Assembly (NCBI GenBank): GCA_963824995.1
Contig: CAWGRK010000006.1
Location: 256,273-320,272 of the forward strand
DNA from: an uncultured Actinomycetes bacterium
Lineage (GTDB): Bacteria > Actinomycetota > Acidimicrobiia > Spongiisociales > DATADW01
Reading direction: 5' to 3'
Length of the DNA: 64,000 nt
The notes under the pieces: generated by a model
What the model was told of the DNA's origin: nothing
The model's database searches: none
What the model saw: only the letters and a program-made list of their open reading frames with translations
Shown here: positions 21,631 through 31,035 of the stretch, piece after piece
Layout: the number at the start of each line of letters is the position of its first letter
Numbering within the stretch: the stretch's first letter is position 1
Program-made: the position numbers and the translations under genes

Positions 21631-22221
21631 GTGAGCAAAGTTGTGGCATCGATCACCATCTCGGTGGATGGCTTTTACGCCGGCCCGGGGGACGGCCCCG
21701 GCCAGGGACTCGGGGTGGATGGGGAGCGGCTCCATTACTGGGTGTTCGGAGGGCCCTGGAGCTATGACGGCGAGTCCCCTGGTCGTGACAGCGATGACGG
21801 AGGCTGGCTGAAGGCGGCAACGGAGCGCATTGGTGCGGTGGTCGGCGGCCGCTGGACCTATGAGGCAGCAGATCGCTGGGGCGACACCAACCCGTGGGAG
21901 TTGCCGTTCTTCATCGTGACCCACCATGCCGACAGAGACCTGCCCGATGGGATGGAATTCGCCGACGGATTGGCGGAGGCGATCGATCGGGCAAAGACCG
22001 CCGCCAACGGCAAGGATGTGAGCCTCATGGGTGGCGGTGATGTCATCCGTCAAGCGCTGGCGTCCGGCCTGGTGGACGAGCTGACCATCATCATCGCCCC
22101 GGTCACGCTCGGGGCGGGAAAACGGCTATTCGAAGGATTCGATCGGTCGTTGGAGTTAGAGCATCTCGGCGTCCGTCAGACACCGCTCGCCACATTCGTG
22201 GACTACCGGGTGGTGAAGTGA
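21631..22221 (+). CDS. Dihydrofolate reductase-family (RibD C-terminal-like) protein
   Basis: SVDGF, GRWTY, GKDVSLMGG, GLVDEL...LGAGKRLF. Confidence 0.88.
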   Translation: MSKVVASITISVDGFYAGPGDGPGQGLGVDGERLHYWVFGGPWSYDGESPGRDSDDGGWLKAATERIGAVVGGRWTYEAADRWGDTNPWELPFFIVTHHADRDLPDGMEFADGLAEAIDRAKTAANGKDVSLMGGGDVIRQALASGLVDELTIIIAPVTLGAGKRLFEGFDRSLELEHLGVRQTPLATFVDYRVVK

Positions 22222-22234
22222 TCGGGCCCTTCTG

Positions 22235-22705
22235 TTAGAGGTGACCCGTGCCGAGCTCTTCCTCGGTGACGGTGAGTACCTCGCCGGTGACGCCGTCAAC
22301 CTGGACGAGCGCGCGCTGCGCCGGGGGCTCGTCTGCGGAGTAGACCATTACGTTCCACACCGGACGAGCCCGCCATCCGGTAAAGCCGACCCCGGCGGCG
22401 GCGTGCCCGACAACAAAGGACACTTCCCTTCCCGCGGTGTCTAGGGCATCCCGATCGTTGATCTTGAGATCCCACGCGGCAAGAAGGTGGTATGCCGCCA
22501 GCGCGACTAGAAGCCCGGCCACCCACCACATCGCTCCGCCGAGCCAGAGTACGGAGACCGCGGCCAGCGCCGCGGCCCCCAAGTACACCCAGGCGGCGGT
22601 GCGTCGTCGCAGGGGGCTTGGAAAGGCATAAGGCCCGACGGCACCCGAATCGAGGTCCTCGGGCACGCCGGCCTGGCGCGCCACGTCCTCTGGGATCTCA
22701 CGCAT
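22235..22705 (-). CDS. Hypothetical membrane protein
   Basis: Two TM helices; coding-like composition; follows thrS. Confidence 0.7.
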   Translation of the reverse strand: MREIPEDVARQAGVPEDLDSGAVGPYAFPSPLRRRTAAWVYLGAAALAAVSVLWLGGAMWWVAGLLVALAAYHLLAAWDLKINDRDALDTAGREVSFVVGHAAAGVGFTGWRARPVWNVMVYSADEPPAQRALVQVDGVTGEVLTVTEEELGTGHL

Positions 22706-22720
22706 CGTCAGTCAATCGAC

Positions 22721-24655
22721 TCATGCCGGGGGGACCGCTTCGGCCACCAATTCAATGACCGCCTCATCGAGCGAAAGACCGCGTCGCTCGTGATCATCGC
22801 CACGGCGGCGCAACCCGACCGTACCCGCCTCGACGTCGCGGTCTCCGACAACGAGCACGGCGGGGTGATGTGCGGAGAGAGCACGTCTTATCTTCTCGCC
22901 AACCGTGTCGTCGGCGCCGTCCACCGCCACCCGGAGGCCCTCACGACGCAGCCGCTCGGCCACTGCTGCGGCGTAGTCCAGATGCCGGTCGGCCACCGGG
23001 ACGACCGTCGCCTGAACCGGGGCGAGCCACATCGGGAAGGCTCCCGCGTAGTGCTCGACCAGCACCCCGAAGAACCTCTCCAGCGAGCCTGCCTTGGCGC
23101 AATGGATCATCACCGGACGTTCCTGTTGGTTGTCCGAGGCGGCATAGGTGAGGTCGAAGCGCTCTGGGAAGAAGAAGTCGAGCTGGATCGTGGACATCTG
23201 CCACCGGCGCCCGATCGCATCCTTCACATGGACGTCGATCTTCGGACCGTAGAAGGCGGCCTCGCCATCGGCCACGCGGTAGGGCACTCCTCCGGCGTCG
23301 AGAGAGGCGCGCAGGGCGGCAGTGGCCTCCTCCCACAGGGCCAAATCGCCCATCGACTTGTCAGGGTCACGTGTCGAGAGGTCCGCTTCGAATTCCTGGA
23401 ACCCGAAGTGGCGAAGCCATGTGAGGACGAACTCGAGGTGCAGGTCCAACTCGTCGCCGACCTGGTCGCGGCGGCAGAACGTATGCGAATCGTCCTGTGT
23501 GAATCCCCGTGCCCGGAGCAGACCGTGGAGCACGCCCGAGCGTTCCCGTCGGTATACAGCACCAAGCTCGGAGAGCCGCACGGGTAAGTCCCGGTAGGAA
23601 TGGCCGTGACTCCGGTAGATGAGAACGTGGAACGGGCAGTTCATCGGCTTGACCCGATACTCGGCCCCTTCGTCTACCTCCATCCCGGGGAACATGTTCT
23701 CGGCGTAGTAGTCGAGATGACCGGATGTGTGCCATAGCTCCGAACGGGCCACGTGGGGGGATATGACGAACTGGAATCCAAACCGCTCGTGGAGCCGCCG
23801 GCTGTGGTCCTCCATCAGTTTGCGGACCATCCCGCCGTTGGGCAGCCACACCGCCAGCCCTTGACCCAGCTCGCGAGGAAACGCGTAGAGCCGTAACTCC
23901 GGCCCGAGCCTGCGATGGTCCCTCAACTCGGCCTCTTCCAGCCGGTGCAGGTGATCGTCGAGCGCCTGCTTCGACTCCCAAGCCGTTCCGTAGATCCTCT
24001 GTAGCTGGGGACGGTGCTCATCGCCACGCCAGTAGGCACCGGCAGTGCGTAGCAGGGCAAACGCGGGGATCCGTCCCGTCGAAGGCAGGTGCGGTCCACG
24101 GCAGAGGTCGACGAACCCGTGGTTGCGGTAGACCGAGACCACTTCACCGCCACCCACTTCACCCGGGTCCACAGCCTCGATGATCTCTCGCTTGAACGGC
24201 TGCTCGGCGAAGATGTACAGCACGTCGTCGCGGCTGAGTTCTTCGCGACTGAACGGTTGATCCTCGGCGACGATCTCGCGCATCCTGCGCTCGATCTCGG
24301 CGAGGTCGTCCGGTGTGAACGGCCGCCCGATGTCGAAGTCGTAATAGAACCCGTCCTCGATGGGCGGGCCGATTGCGAAGTGGGCTCCCTGGTGGAGATC
24401 CAGCACCGCCTGCGCGAGCACATGGGCTGTCGAATGGCGGATGACCTCCCGCCCCGCCTCGCTGCCCCCCACAACCACCTCGAAGGATCCTCCTCCCGGC
24501 AATGGACGGCTCAGGTCGAGCAGTTGGCCGTCGAGCCTGGCGGCGACCGCCGCCCGGGCAAGGCGGGCTCCGATCCCTGCGGCCACGTCATGTCCGGTGG
24601 CACCGTCGGGATGTTGCTGTTGTGATCCATCGGGGAGGATCAGGTCAATCGGCAT
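22721..24655 (-). CDS. thrS: Threonine--tRNA ligase
   Basis: TGS domain, RHSTAH, DLCRGPH, RDHRRLG, KPMNCP, AAFYGPK. Confidence 0.98.
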   Translation of the reverse strand: MPIDLILPDGSQQQHPDGATGHDVAAGIGARLARAAVAARLDGQLLDLSRPLPGGGSFEVVVGGSEAGREVIRHSTAHVLAQAVLDLHQGAHFAIGPPIEDGFYYDFDIGRPFTPDDLAEIERRMREIVAEDQPFSREELSRDDVLYIFAEQPFKREIIEAVDPGEVGGGEVVSVYRNHGFVDLCRGPHLPSTGRIPAFALLRTAGAYWRGDEHRPQLQRIYGTAWESKQALDDHLHRLEEAELRDHRRLGPELRLYAFPRELGQGLAVWLPNGGMVRKLMEDHSRRLHERFGFQFVISPHVARSELWHTSGHLDYYAENMFPGMEVDEGAEYRVKPMNCPFHVLIYRSHGHSYRDLPVRLSELGAVYRRERSGVLHGLLRARGFTQDDSHTFCRRDQVGDELDLHLEFVLTWLRHFGFQEFEADLSTRDPDKSMGDLALWEEATAALRASLDAGGVPYRVADGEAAFYGPKIDVHVKDAIGRRWQMSTIQLDFFFPERFDLTYAASDNQQERPVMIHCAKAGSLERFFGVLVEHYAGAFPMWLAPVQATVVPVADRHLDYAAAVAERLRREGLRVAVDGADDTVGEKIRRALSAHHPAVLVVGDRDVEAGTVGLRRRGDDHERRGLSLDEAVIELVAEAVPPA

Positions 24656-24835
24656 CGTCGGATGATCCTGTTCGTGCTCGGGCCGGTTAGCGTACCGGCC
24701 GCTCCCCCGTTCGATCCCTGGTTTCCCCATGCCCGAAACGCGAAATCCACGGCTACGGGCGAGGGTGGAGTTACGGTGCCAGCGCGCTGAGTTGCCCGGC
24801 ACACCGACGGGCATACCGCAAGGAGGAAACGGGTC

Positions 24836-25054
24836 GTGGAAACGGTGATGGTGGCGATGGCGGCGGCCGGAGCCGTAATGCTGGCGGTGAGGATGAGACG
24901 CTCACCGGAGCCGGAATTCCACGTGGACGTTTCGACGACTCCTCCCGATGAAGTGCCGGATCTCCCCTGCCCGTGGTGCGAGGCTCCCACCATCGAGGAA
25001 GACCCTGTCTGCCCTTCATGTGGACGCCGTTTTGGTCCGCTCGTCCTCCGCTGA
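24836..25054 (+). CDS. Small membrane-anchored protein with two CxxC motifs
   Basis: AAGGAGG RBS, hydrophobic N-term, CPWC...CPSCG. Confidence 0.55.
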   Translation: METVMVAMAAAGAVMLAVRMRRSPEPEFHVDVSTTPPDEVPDLPCPWCEAPTIEEDPVCPSCGRRFGPLVLR

Positions 25055-25072
25055 TCGCGCCCGCTCAGCTAC

Positions 25073-25957
25073 TCACCACCGCAGCACCAGGGCGCGATCG
25101 ACGTGGTCGAGGTAGAAACCGAGTCGGTCGTAGAGCACCAAACCACTCTTGTTTGCGGCGTCGACGTAGAGCATGGCCGTGGTGGCGCCCTGACGATCTG
25201 ATAGGTCCCACAACCCCTCGAGAGTCAGCGTCCGTCCCAACCCCGTACCTTGGAGTTCGGGCGCCACACCCACGATGTAGATCTCGCCAAGAGCGTCCGA
25301 GTGGAGTTTTGTCCAGCAAAACCCCACAAGCCTGTCGCCACGCCAGGCGAGCCGGAAGCCATCCGGATCGAACCACGGTGCGGCGAGCCGATCCTCCAAG
25401 ACCTCGCGGTCCCAGGCACCGTTCTCGGGATGGCCGGCGAAGACCCGGTTGTTGAGATCCAGCCACGGCTCCTCATCGGTTTCGGTCCGGAAGGACGTCA
25501 TCGAGATCCCGTCGGGGATCATGGGGTGCTCCTCCGGTGGCAGCGACCTCCTCAGCTGGCGGAGCTCGCGTTCCTCCTCGAACCCGAGTTGATGGAGCAC
25601 CTCGGCCAGGGCGGGACGAAAAACCCAGACCCTCAGCCCGGACGCACCACGCTCCGCTGCGGCGTGCATCGCCGTCCTCGCGGTTTCTTCGACGACGTCG
25701 GTGGTGCGGTGGAGGGGATGCACCGCCATCTCGAAGGTCCACCGGCCCGGCTCGCGGCTCGGCGTCAGATGGGTGTAGGCGAGAAGCTCACCGCCCTTTT
25801 CCCCCACCAGTCCCAGACCGTCGCCCTCACCCCCGGCGACCAGGTCCAGGTACTTGTGCTCGCCGAGCGGCCAATGGCCGTCGGCGGTGCGGCACAACTC
25901 GAAGAGATCCTGCAGGGCGGCGAGGTCGCTTGGCACCTCTACCAGCCGGAACTGCAT
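25073..25957 (-). CDS. mshD: Mycothiol synthase (tandem GNAT)
   Basis: ADGHWPLGEH, FAGHPENGAW, WFDPDGF, GFCWTK, GEIYIVGV, LYVDAAN. Confidence 0.9.
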   Translation of the reverse strand: MQFRLVEVPSDLAALQDLFELCRTADGHWPLGEHKYLDLVAGGEGDGLGLVGEKGGELLAYTHLTPSREPGRWTFEMAVHPLHRTTDVVEETARTAMHAAAERGASGLRVWVFRPALAEVLHQLGFEEERELRQLRRSLPPEEHPMIPDGISMTSFRTETDEEPWLDLNNRVFAGHPENGAWDREVLEDRLAAPWFDPDGFRLAWRGDRLVGFCWTKLHSDALGEIYIVGVAPELQGTGLGRTLTLEGLWDLSDRQGATTAMLYVDAANKSGLVLYDRLGFYLDHVDRALVLRW

Positions 25958-26085
25958 GGACGGCACGGTAGTGAGACAGGGCCAGCGGCGATTGGCTTGG
26001 CTGCGACCGGGCGGGCCGGGCCGGTGGGCGCTCATGTTGCGGTCGGTCACCGCCGATGGGAATGCATGACGGTATTCTCGGGACC

Positions 26086-27071
26086 GTGGCGAGAGTAGGG
26101 CTCGTCTTGGGAGGCGGCGGGATCACCGGCGCCGCCTACCAGATGGCGGGGCTGATGGCACTCGAACTCGCCACTGGTTGGCACCCCAATGACGCTGACG
26201 TCGTGGTCGGGACCTCAGGTGGCGCATTCGTCGGCGCCATCTTGAGGTGTGGGAGCCTGAATCTCGACACCCTGGTTCAACCCCACGACACCGCGAGGAC
26301 GTCACCAAGCGCCTCCGCAGCCACGTGTTCCGCCGGCCATCCAATGGTGAAGTAGGCCCGACCGCCTACGTGGGACGGTGGCTGCGACACGGAATAGTCC
26401 CCGGACTTCGCCGTCCCGGCGTGTCCCTGATCCTCGGATCACCTGCCCGATTCGATCCGGCAGGCGTTGGGCGTTGGCTCATCGAGCAGGTAGGGGACTC
26501 CGCCGCCCATTGGCCCGATCGTCCCACGATCGCCACCGCATACGACCTCGGCGCCCGCGAGCGGGTTGCCTTCGGCACCGAGGACGCACCGGACGTTTCA
26601 TTGGCCGATGCCGTCTCCGCCTCGTCGGCGGTTCCGCTCTTCTTCTGCCCACACCGCATCAACGGCAGGGATTACGTGGACGGTGGGATCCTCTCGGGCA
26701 CGCACGCCGACCTGCTTCTCGGCAGCGACGACCCATTGGACGTCGTCATAGTGCTGGCGCCGATGGCGGCCGAGGAGGAGCGCAGCGGTGCCTGGTTCCA
26801 CGAGAGGATGTTCGATCGGGTGGGCACCACTGCGCTGACTGCTGAGATCGCGTCGTTGCGCGAGGCCTGGCCCGACGTGGAGGTCCTCGTGTTCCGACCG
26901 TCGACCAGCGTCCTCGCTGTGATGCGTCCCAATGTGATGGCCCCCGATGCAGCCGTCCCGTCCTTCATCCGCTCGCTCGTCTCATTCCGGCGCGACCTCG
27001 CCAAGCCCGAGGTGTGGTCGGTCCTCCACGATCATCTCGCGTCGGCGGTGGGAGCCACAGGACCGGACTGA
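26086..27071 (+). CDS. Patatin-like phospholipase (frameshift near 26290)
   Basis: LVLGGGG and GTSGG in the first frame; ASSAVP and YVDGG in the second. Confidence 0.85.
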
Positions 27072-27118
27072 GCCCCGCCGGGCGTTTGGCTCGGTTGCCG
27101 GACCCCGTCGGGGCGTTT

Positions 27119-27334
27119 CTAGAGAAGCCGAGAGCGCTCGGCGCGAGCGGCTGGGACGCCATCGCCGGCGATCAACAGCCGATCGATCGGCATGAAGAAC
27201 TGGTGGCTGTTGGCGCAAATGACGGTGCCGTGTTCGACAGGACCCGCTGTGGAGGGAAGGGCTCGCAGACCCGACAAAACGGCGTCATATGAGCATGAGG
27301 GACAAAGCACCCAGATGTGTTCTTGTTCACCCAT
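27119..27334 (-). CDS. Small hypothetical protein (CPSC...CANSH)
   Basis: Short ORF with a possible Zn-binding pattern. Confidence 0.5.
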   Translation of the reverse strand: MGEQEHIWVLCPSCSYDAVLSGLRALPSTAGPVEHGTVICANSHQFFMPIDRLLIAGDGVPAARAERSRLL

Positions 27335-27371
27335 ACCGAGGCGGAGCATCTCGACACGGGTCTGATACGGG

Positions 27372-28973
27372 TCAGCCGTCGAGGATCAGTTCCCCGTTGT
27401 GATACCCGATCCCATCTGCCGCTTGACGCCAACCCCAGACTTCGACGGGCTCGGTGAGGAACAGCGCCGGGGGATCATCGGCCGTGGCGTCGAGGACGGA
27501 GGCCAGCGCCTCTTGGCGCGCCTCGGCGTCCGCTGTGGTCCGGACCGCCCGCAGCGAACTCCTCGTGTCGGGATGGCAGGCCACGGGCTGCGCCGCACCG
27601 CAACCGACGAGGGCAAAGGGCACAGCGCCGTCGGCGAGGGGCCCGGCGCTCCAGGTCAGTGAGAACCCATCACCCCTCCAGTTGCCGTTGTCGATTCGCG
27701 TCCTCCACGCCGGCAGGTCGATCACGCTGCGATCCACCGTTATCCCGGCAAGTTCGAGGTACCCCTCCACCGCGGCATAGATGGCATCGTCGCCGACGAT
27801 CCGGCCCTCCACCACCTCCATGGTGAAGTTGAAGCCGTCGGGGTAGCCGGCCTGTTCCAGCAGATCCACGGCGCGATCCAGGTCGAACCCCCACGGGCTC
27901 CGCTCCGGGTCATGTCCGACCACGCCGGCCGGCGCCCAGAGCGAGGCTTGTTCGAGATCGCCCCGCAGCCCGTACGAGATGGCTTCCTTGTCAACCGCCA
28001 GATTCATCGCCCGACGGACCAGTGGCGAGTCGGTCGGGCCGCTGCCGTCGACGAAAGTGATCGAAAGCACTTCGCTGGTCCCCACAGGAGCCGTCGTCAC
28101 CTCCTCGCTGGTCGGAAGCTGATGAACAGGAAGGCCGAGCGCCACCTCGGCGTTGCCTTCGACCAACGCCGCTGTCCGCGCCGGGGCCGTGAGGACAACG
28201 GTCAACACGACCGGGTCATACTGGGGAACGCCCCTCCACGACCCGGTCCAACGCTGGAGTTGCATCCGCCGGCCCCGCCACAGGGCGACCTGATAGGGCC
28301 CGGTTCCGAGCGGGGCCTCATCGTCCGAGCCGATCCCCTCCAACGAACTCGGGGAGACGATGTACGCCGAGGCGAGTAGCGCAGGGATCAGTGGTTGCGG
28401 TGCTCTGGTTCGGATCTCCACGGCGCCCTCCAGGGCGGAGACCCGGTTGACGGCGCGCGCCACCCGCGCCAGCGGGTCGGGACCCTGCTTCAGGTTCGCC
28501 AGGGCCACCCGAAGCGAGGTGGCAGCGGTCTCTCCGTCGAGGACGGCGCCGTCCTGGAACACCACCCCGGGTCGAAGTTGGAACTGCCAGGTGGTGTCGT
28601 CCACCGCCTCCCAACTGCTGGCGAGCGCCGGCTGGGGTGTCCCATCGGTGCCGATGGCGGTGAGACCGTCGAGAACCAGTCCCCAGGCGACACGTCCGGA
28701 GATCGCCATCGTCCCCAACGACGACCCTGGGGCGGGCAGAGCGGGAACCGCAACTCTGAGAGGCACGCCGGCTGGGACTTCTGCGGCAATGGTGGTGACA
28801 GGAGGGGGCAACGTCTCGCCGCTCGGAGTGGGATCGTCGGAGCAACAGACGAGGAGGACGCTGAGCGCCGCAAGCGATCGGAGCCAGCGTCGTCGTGACA
28901 ACACAATCGGCGGCACGGTACGTTGCCCGGCCCCGTCCTGCAACGATCCGCCAATTTGGGTTGCCTGGTCCAT
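27372..28973 (-). CDS. ABC transporter substrate-binding protein, family 5 (peptide/nickel); start may lie ~55 nt downstream
   Basis: PALASSW..D...W.FQLRPGVVFQDG, GTGPY, VRRAMNLAVD, LLEQAGYPDGF; lipoprotein-like signal. Confidence 0.88.
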   Translation of the reverse strand: MDQATQIGGSLQDGAGQRTVPPIVLSRRRWLRSLAALSVLLVCCSDDPTPSGETLPPPVTTIAAEVPAGVPLRVAVPALPAPGSSLGTMAISGRVAWGLVLDGLTAIGTDGTPQPALASSWEAVDDTTWQFQLRPGVVFQDGAVLDGETAATSLRVALANLKQGPDPLARVARAVNRVSALEGAVEIRTRAPQPLIPALLASAYIVSPSSLEGIGSDDEAPLGTGPYQVALWRGRRMQLQRWTGSWRGVPQYDPVVLTVVLTAPARTAALVEGNAEVALGLPVHQLPTSEEVTTAPVGTSEVLSITFVDGSGPTDSPLVRRAMNLAVDKEAISYGLRGDLEQASLWAPAGVVGHDPERSPWGFDLDRAVDLLEQAGYPDGFNFTMEVVEGRIVGDDAIYAAVEGYLELAGITVDRSVIDLPAWRTRIDNGNWRGDGFSLTWSAGPLADGAVPFALVGCGAAQPVACHPDTRSSLRAVRTTADAEARQEALASVLDATADDPPALFLTEPVEVWGWRQAADGIGYHNGELILDG

Positions 28974-29004
28974 GCTCGAGACTCTTGACTATTGAGTTAC
29001 ACCG

Positions 29005-29040
29005 TTGACGAGCGTGAAGGTGAGACTTACTTTCCACACG
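29005..29040 (+). promoter_or_regulatory. Sigma70-type promoter, probable leaderless start at GTG 29040
   Basis: TTGACG-17 nt-TACTTT, then 6 nt to GTG; no SD. Confidence 0.55.
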
Positions 29041-30470
29041 TGATCGTCACTATCGACCCGAGCCTCGTCGCCCTCATCGCCACCGGACTGGGGGAGGCGG
29101 CGGGACGGCTCGATGCGGCGGTCCGAGCAGCCCAGGCGCTGCCTCTCACAGGAGACATCACCTCGGCGCTCGCCGAGATAGCCCGAGTGTCACAGCAGGC
29201 GAGATCGGCGGCGGCCGATCTGGCGCGCCGAGCCCACTTCGTCGAGCGGTCCCGGTCGACATCGCCGGCGCCCTGGCGTCTGACGACTCCGATATCGCTC
29301 GAAGCCGGCGAGGGATCGCAGCGGAGGCTCGAGGTGGACTTCGCCGAGGCGAAGGAAGCTGGTTTCGACCCGGTTGGCTGGCGGCGGTGGTTCGCCTCCC
29401 GATCGACGGACCAAGCCGAACATCTAGCCGACCGTTTCCCGGCGATCGTGGGCGGTCTCGACGGAGCTCCTGCGGCCGCACGATTCCGCGCCAACCGCCG
29501 CCTCGTCTCTCTCGACCTGGTACGGCACAGCGCCTCGCTGCATCGTCTGACCGCGCTGCGGTCCGACCCGCGTCTCCCGCTTCAGACCAGGGCTGCGATC
29601 GGCCGGGTCGAATCCGGAGTTCGGCGCAAGATCGAACAACTGAGGCGCTGGCTGGATCGTCAACTCCTCCTCTACGTGCCGGGCGGCGACGGGAGGATGA
29701 TCGAGATCTTCGGCGACATCGAGCGAGCGCAGACGGTGGTGGTGGTGATCCCAGGGGTCGGCACCGATGTCGAGAACGCCGATCGTCTCAGCGAGAACGC
29801 ATCCCACCTCGCCGCGGAGGTCGCTGATCTTGCCGACCAAGAGGTGGCCGTGGTGGCATGGCTCGGGTACGACTCCCCCGACGGGCTGATCCCGGAAGGG
29901 ATAGACATGGAAGCAGCGTGCGCTGCGGTTCCCGCCATCGCGGCACTGGTAGATGGCTCGATCCGTCCCAGGAGCCGACTCGTGCTGGTGGGCCATTCTT
30001 ACGGCTCGGTGGCGGTGGGGGCCGCCGTCGGGTCCGAAGCGGTCGAGGCGGTGTCGGTGCTCCTCGGCAGCCCGGGCACAGGAGCGGCGCACGCAACAGA
30101 ACTGGGCCCGGCGGGATCGGTATGGGCGGCCCGGGCATCGGGTGATCCGATCTGGGCCGCGCCCGAGAACATCCATGGCGCCGACCCCGCCGATCCGGAG
30201 TTCGGAGCGACCCGCTTCGCCACCGGTGACGCCTTCGGACACGGACTCGACCAATACCTCGGTGCCGGTACCGAATCGCTCCGCAATGTGGCGTTGATCG
30301 CCGCCGGCCGAGAGGACGAGGTCACCATGTGGTCACCGCCACCGCTCGACCGCCTACTCGTGGGCCTCACTGCGCCTCTGCTGCCTTTGCTGGCTCCGCT
30401 CTCGCTGGGATCCCTCCTCACCGGTCTCATGCCGCGACCAACTTGCCGACGCCGTCGCCAGGAGTATTGA
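29040..30470 (+). CDS. Alpha/beta hydrolase (Abhydrolase_8/DUF1023-like) with helical N-terminus; candidate T7SS substrate
   Basis: GGLDG.P...RFRANR, VVVVIPGVG, AWLGYDSP, GHSYGS, LLGSPG, DPI, GH..QY. Confidence 0.85.
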   Translation: MIVTIDPSLVALIATGLGEAAGRLDAAVRAAQALPLTGDITSALAEIARVSQQARSAAADLARRAHFVERSRSTSPAPWRLTTPISLEAGEGSQRRLEVDFAEAKEAGFDPVGWRRWFASRSTDQAEHLADRFPAIVGGLDGAPAAARFRANRRLVSLDLVRHSASLHRLTALRSDPRLPLQTRAAIGRVESGVRRKIEQLRRWLDRQLLLYVPGGDGRMIEIFGDIERAQTVVVVIPGVGTDVENADRLSENASHLAAEVADLADQEVAVVAWLGYDSPDGLIPEGIDMEAACAAVPAIAALVDGSIRPRSRLVLVGHSYGSVAVGAAVGSEAVEAVSVLLGSPGTGAAHATELGPAGSVWAARASGDPIWAAPENIHGADPADPEFGATRFATGDAFGHGLDQYLGAGTESLRNVALIAAGREDEVTMWSPPPLDRLLVGLTAPLLPLLAPLSLGSLLTGLMPRPTCRRRRQEY

Positions 30471-30520
30471 CACGGTGGTTTGCGTTTGGTTACGTGCGTC
30501 AACAGCCCTAAGGAGGTTCT

Positions 30521-30787
30521 GTGAGCGACATGTACGGTGCCAACCTGGAGCAGCTCGACCAGTTGCAGCGCCGCTTCACCGAGGAGCACGAGGCGGTCAG
30601 GCAGTTGCAATCCCGGATAACGAGCACTCTCGGCTCGACTGCCTGGACAGGACCCGCCGCCGAACGGTTCCGGACCGCCTGGAGCGGCGATTTCGTCCCC
30701 GCTCTCAACCGCCTCGCCGAGGCCTTGTCGGAGAACGCCACCGTCGTTGCCACCCGGCGCGAGGCGATTGCGGTAGCCACCGGCTGA
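30521..30787 (+). CDS. WXG100 (ESAT-6-like) protein
   Basis: 88 aa helix-turn-helix with central AWTGPAAERF; strong AAGGAGG RBS. Confidence 0.92.
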   Translation: MSDMYGANLEQLDQLQRRFTEEHEAVRQLQSRITSTLGSTAWTGPAAERFRTAWSGDFVPALNRLAEALSENATVVATRREAIAVATG

Positions 30788-30794
30788 CGAGAAG

Positions 30795-31025
30795 GTGAAC
30801 CGAGCCATCCTCCTGCATGAGACCGCGGAACGAATCCATGTCGTGGCATCCGACATCGAAGAGCCGTTTGTCACGATCAGAGCCAGAGGGGCGTGGTCCG
30901 GACCGGCTGCGGATCGCCTGGAGCTCTCCCTCCAGATGTGGAGCGTCACCTGCTCGACCGTCGCCGAAGGGCTGAGACAGCACGCCCGGGCGATGGTGGC
31001 CGAGGCGTGGCTGCTCGAGCAGTAG
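30795..31025 (+). CDS. Second WXG100-like protein
   Basis: 76 aa, helical, central AWSGPAADRL; between WXG100 and the ATPase. Confidence 0.75.
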   Translation: MNRAILLHETAERIHVVASDIEEPFVTIRARGAWSGPAADRLELSLQMWSVTCSTVAEGLRQHARAMVAEAWLLEQ

Positions 31026-31035
31026 GCGATGAAGA

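Noticed and set aside
24709..24720. GTTCGATCCCTG matching the T-arm of tRNA-Val(CAC), as a possible att site
   Set aside because: Only 12 bp and in the opposite orientation to the tRNA, so not a direct-repeat att duplication
24656..24835. T-box riboswitch upstream of thrS
   Set aside because: No T-box antiterminator consensus on the coding strand; the only similar GGGTGG stretch is on the wrong strand
30467..30496. TTGACA upstream of the WXG100 gene as a sigma70 promoter
   Set aside because: Perfect -35 but no TANNNT at 16-18 nt spacing; not enough to call
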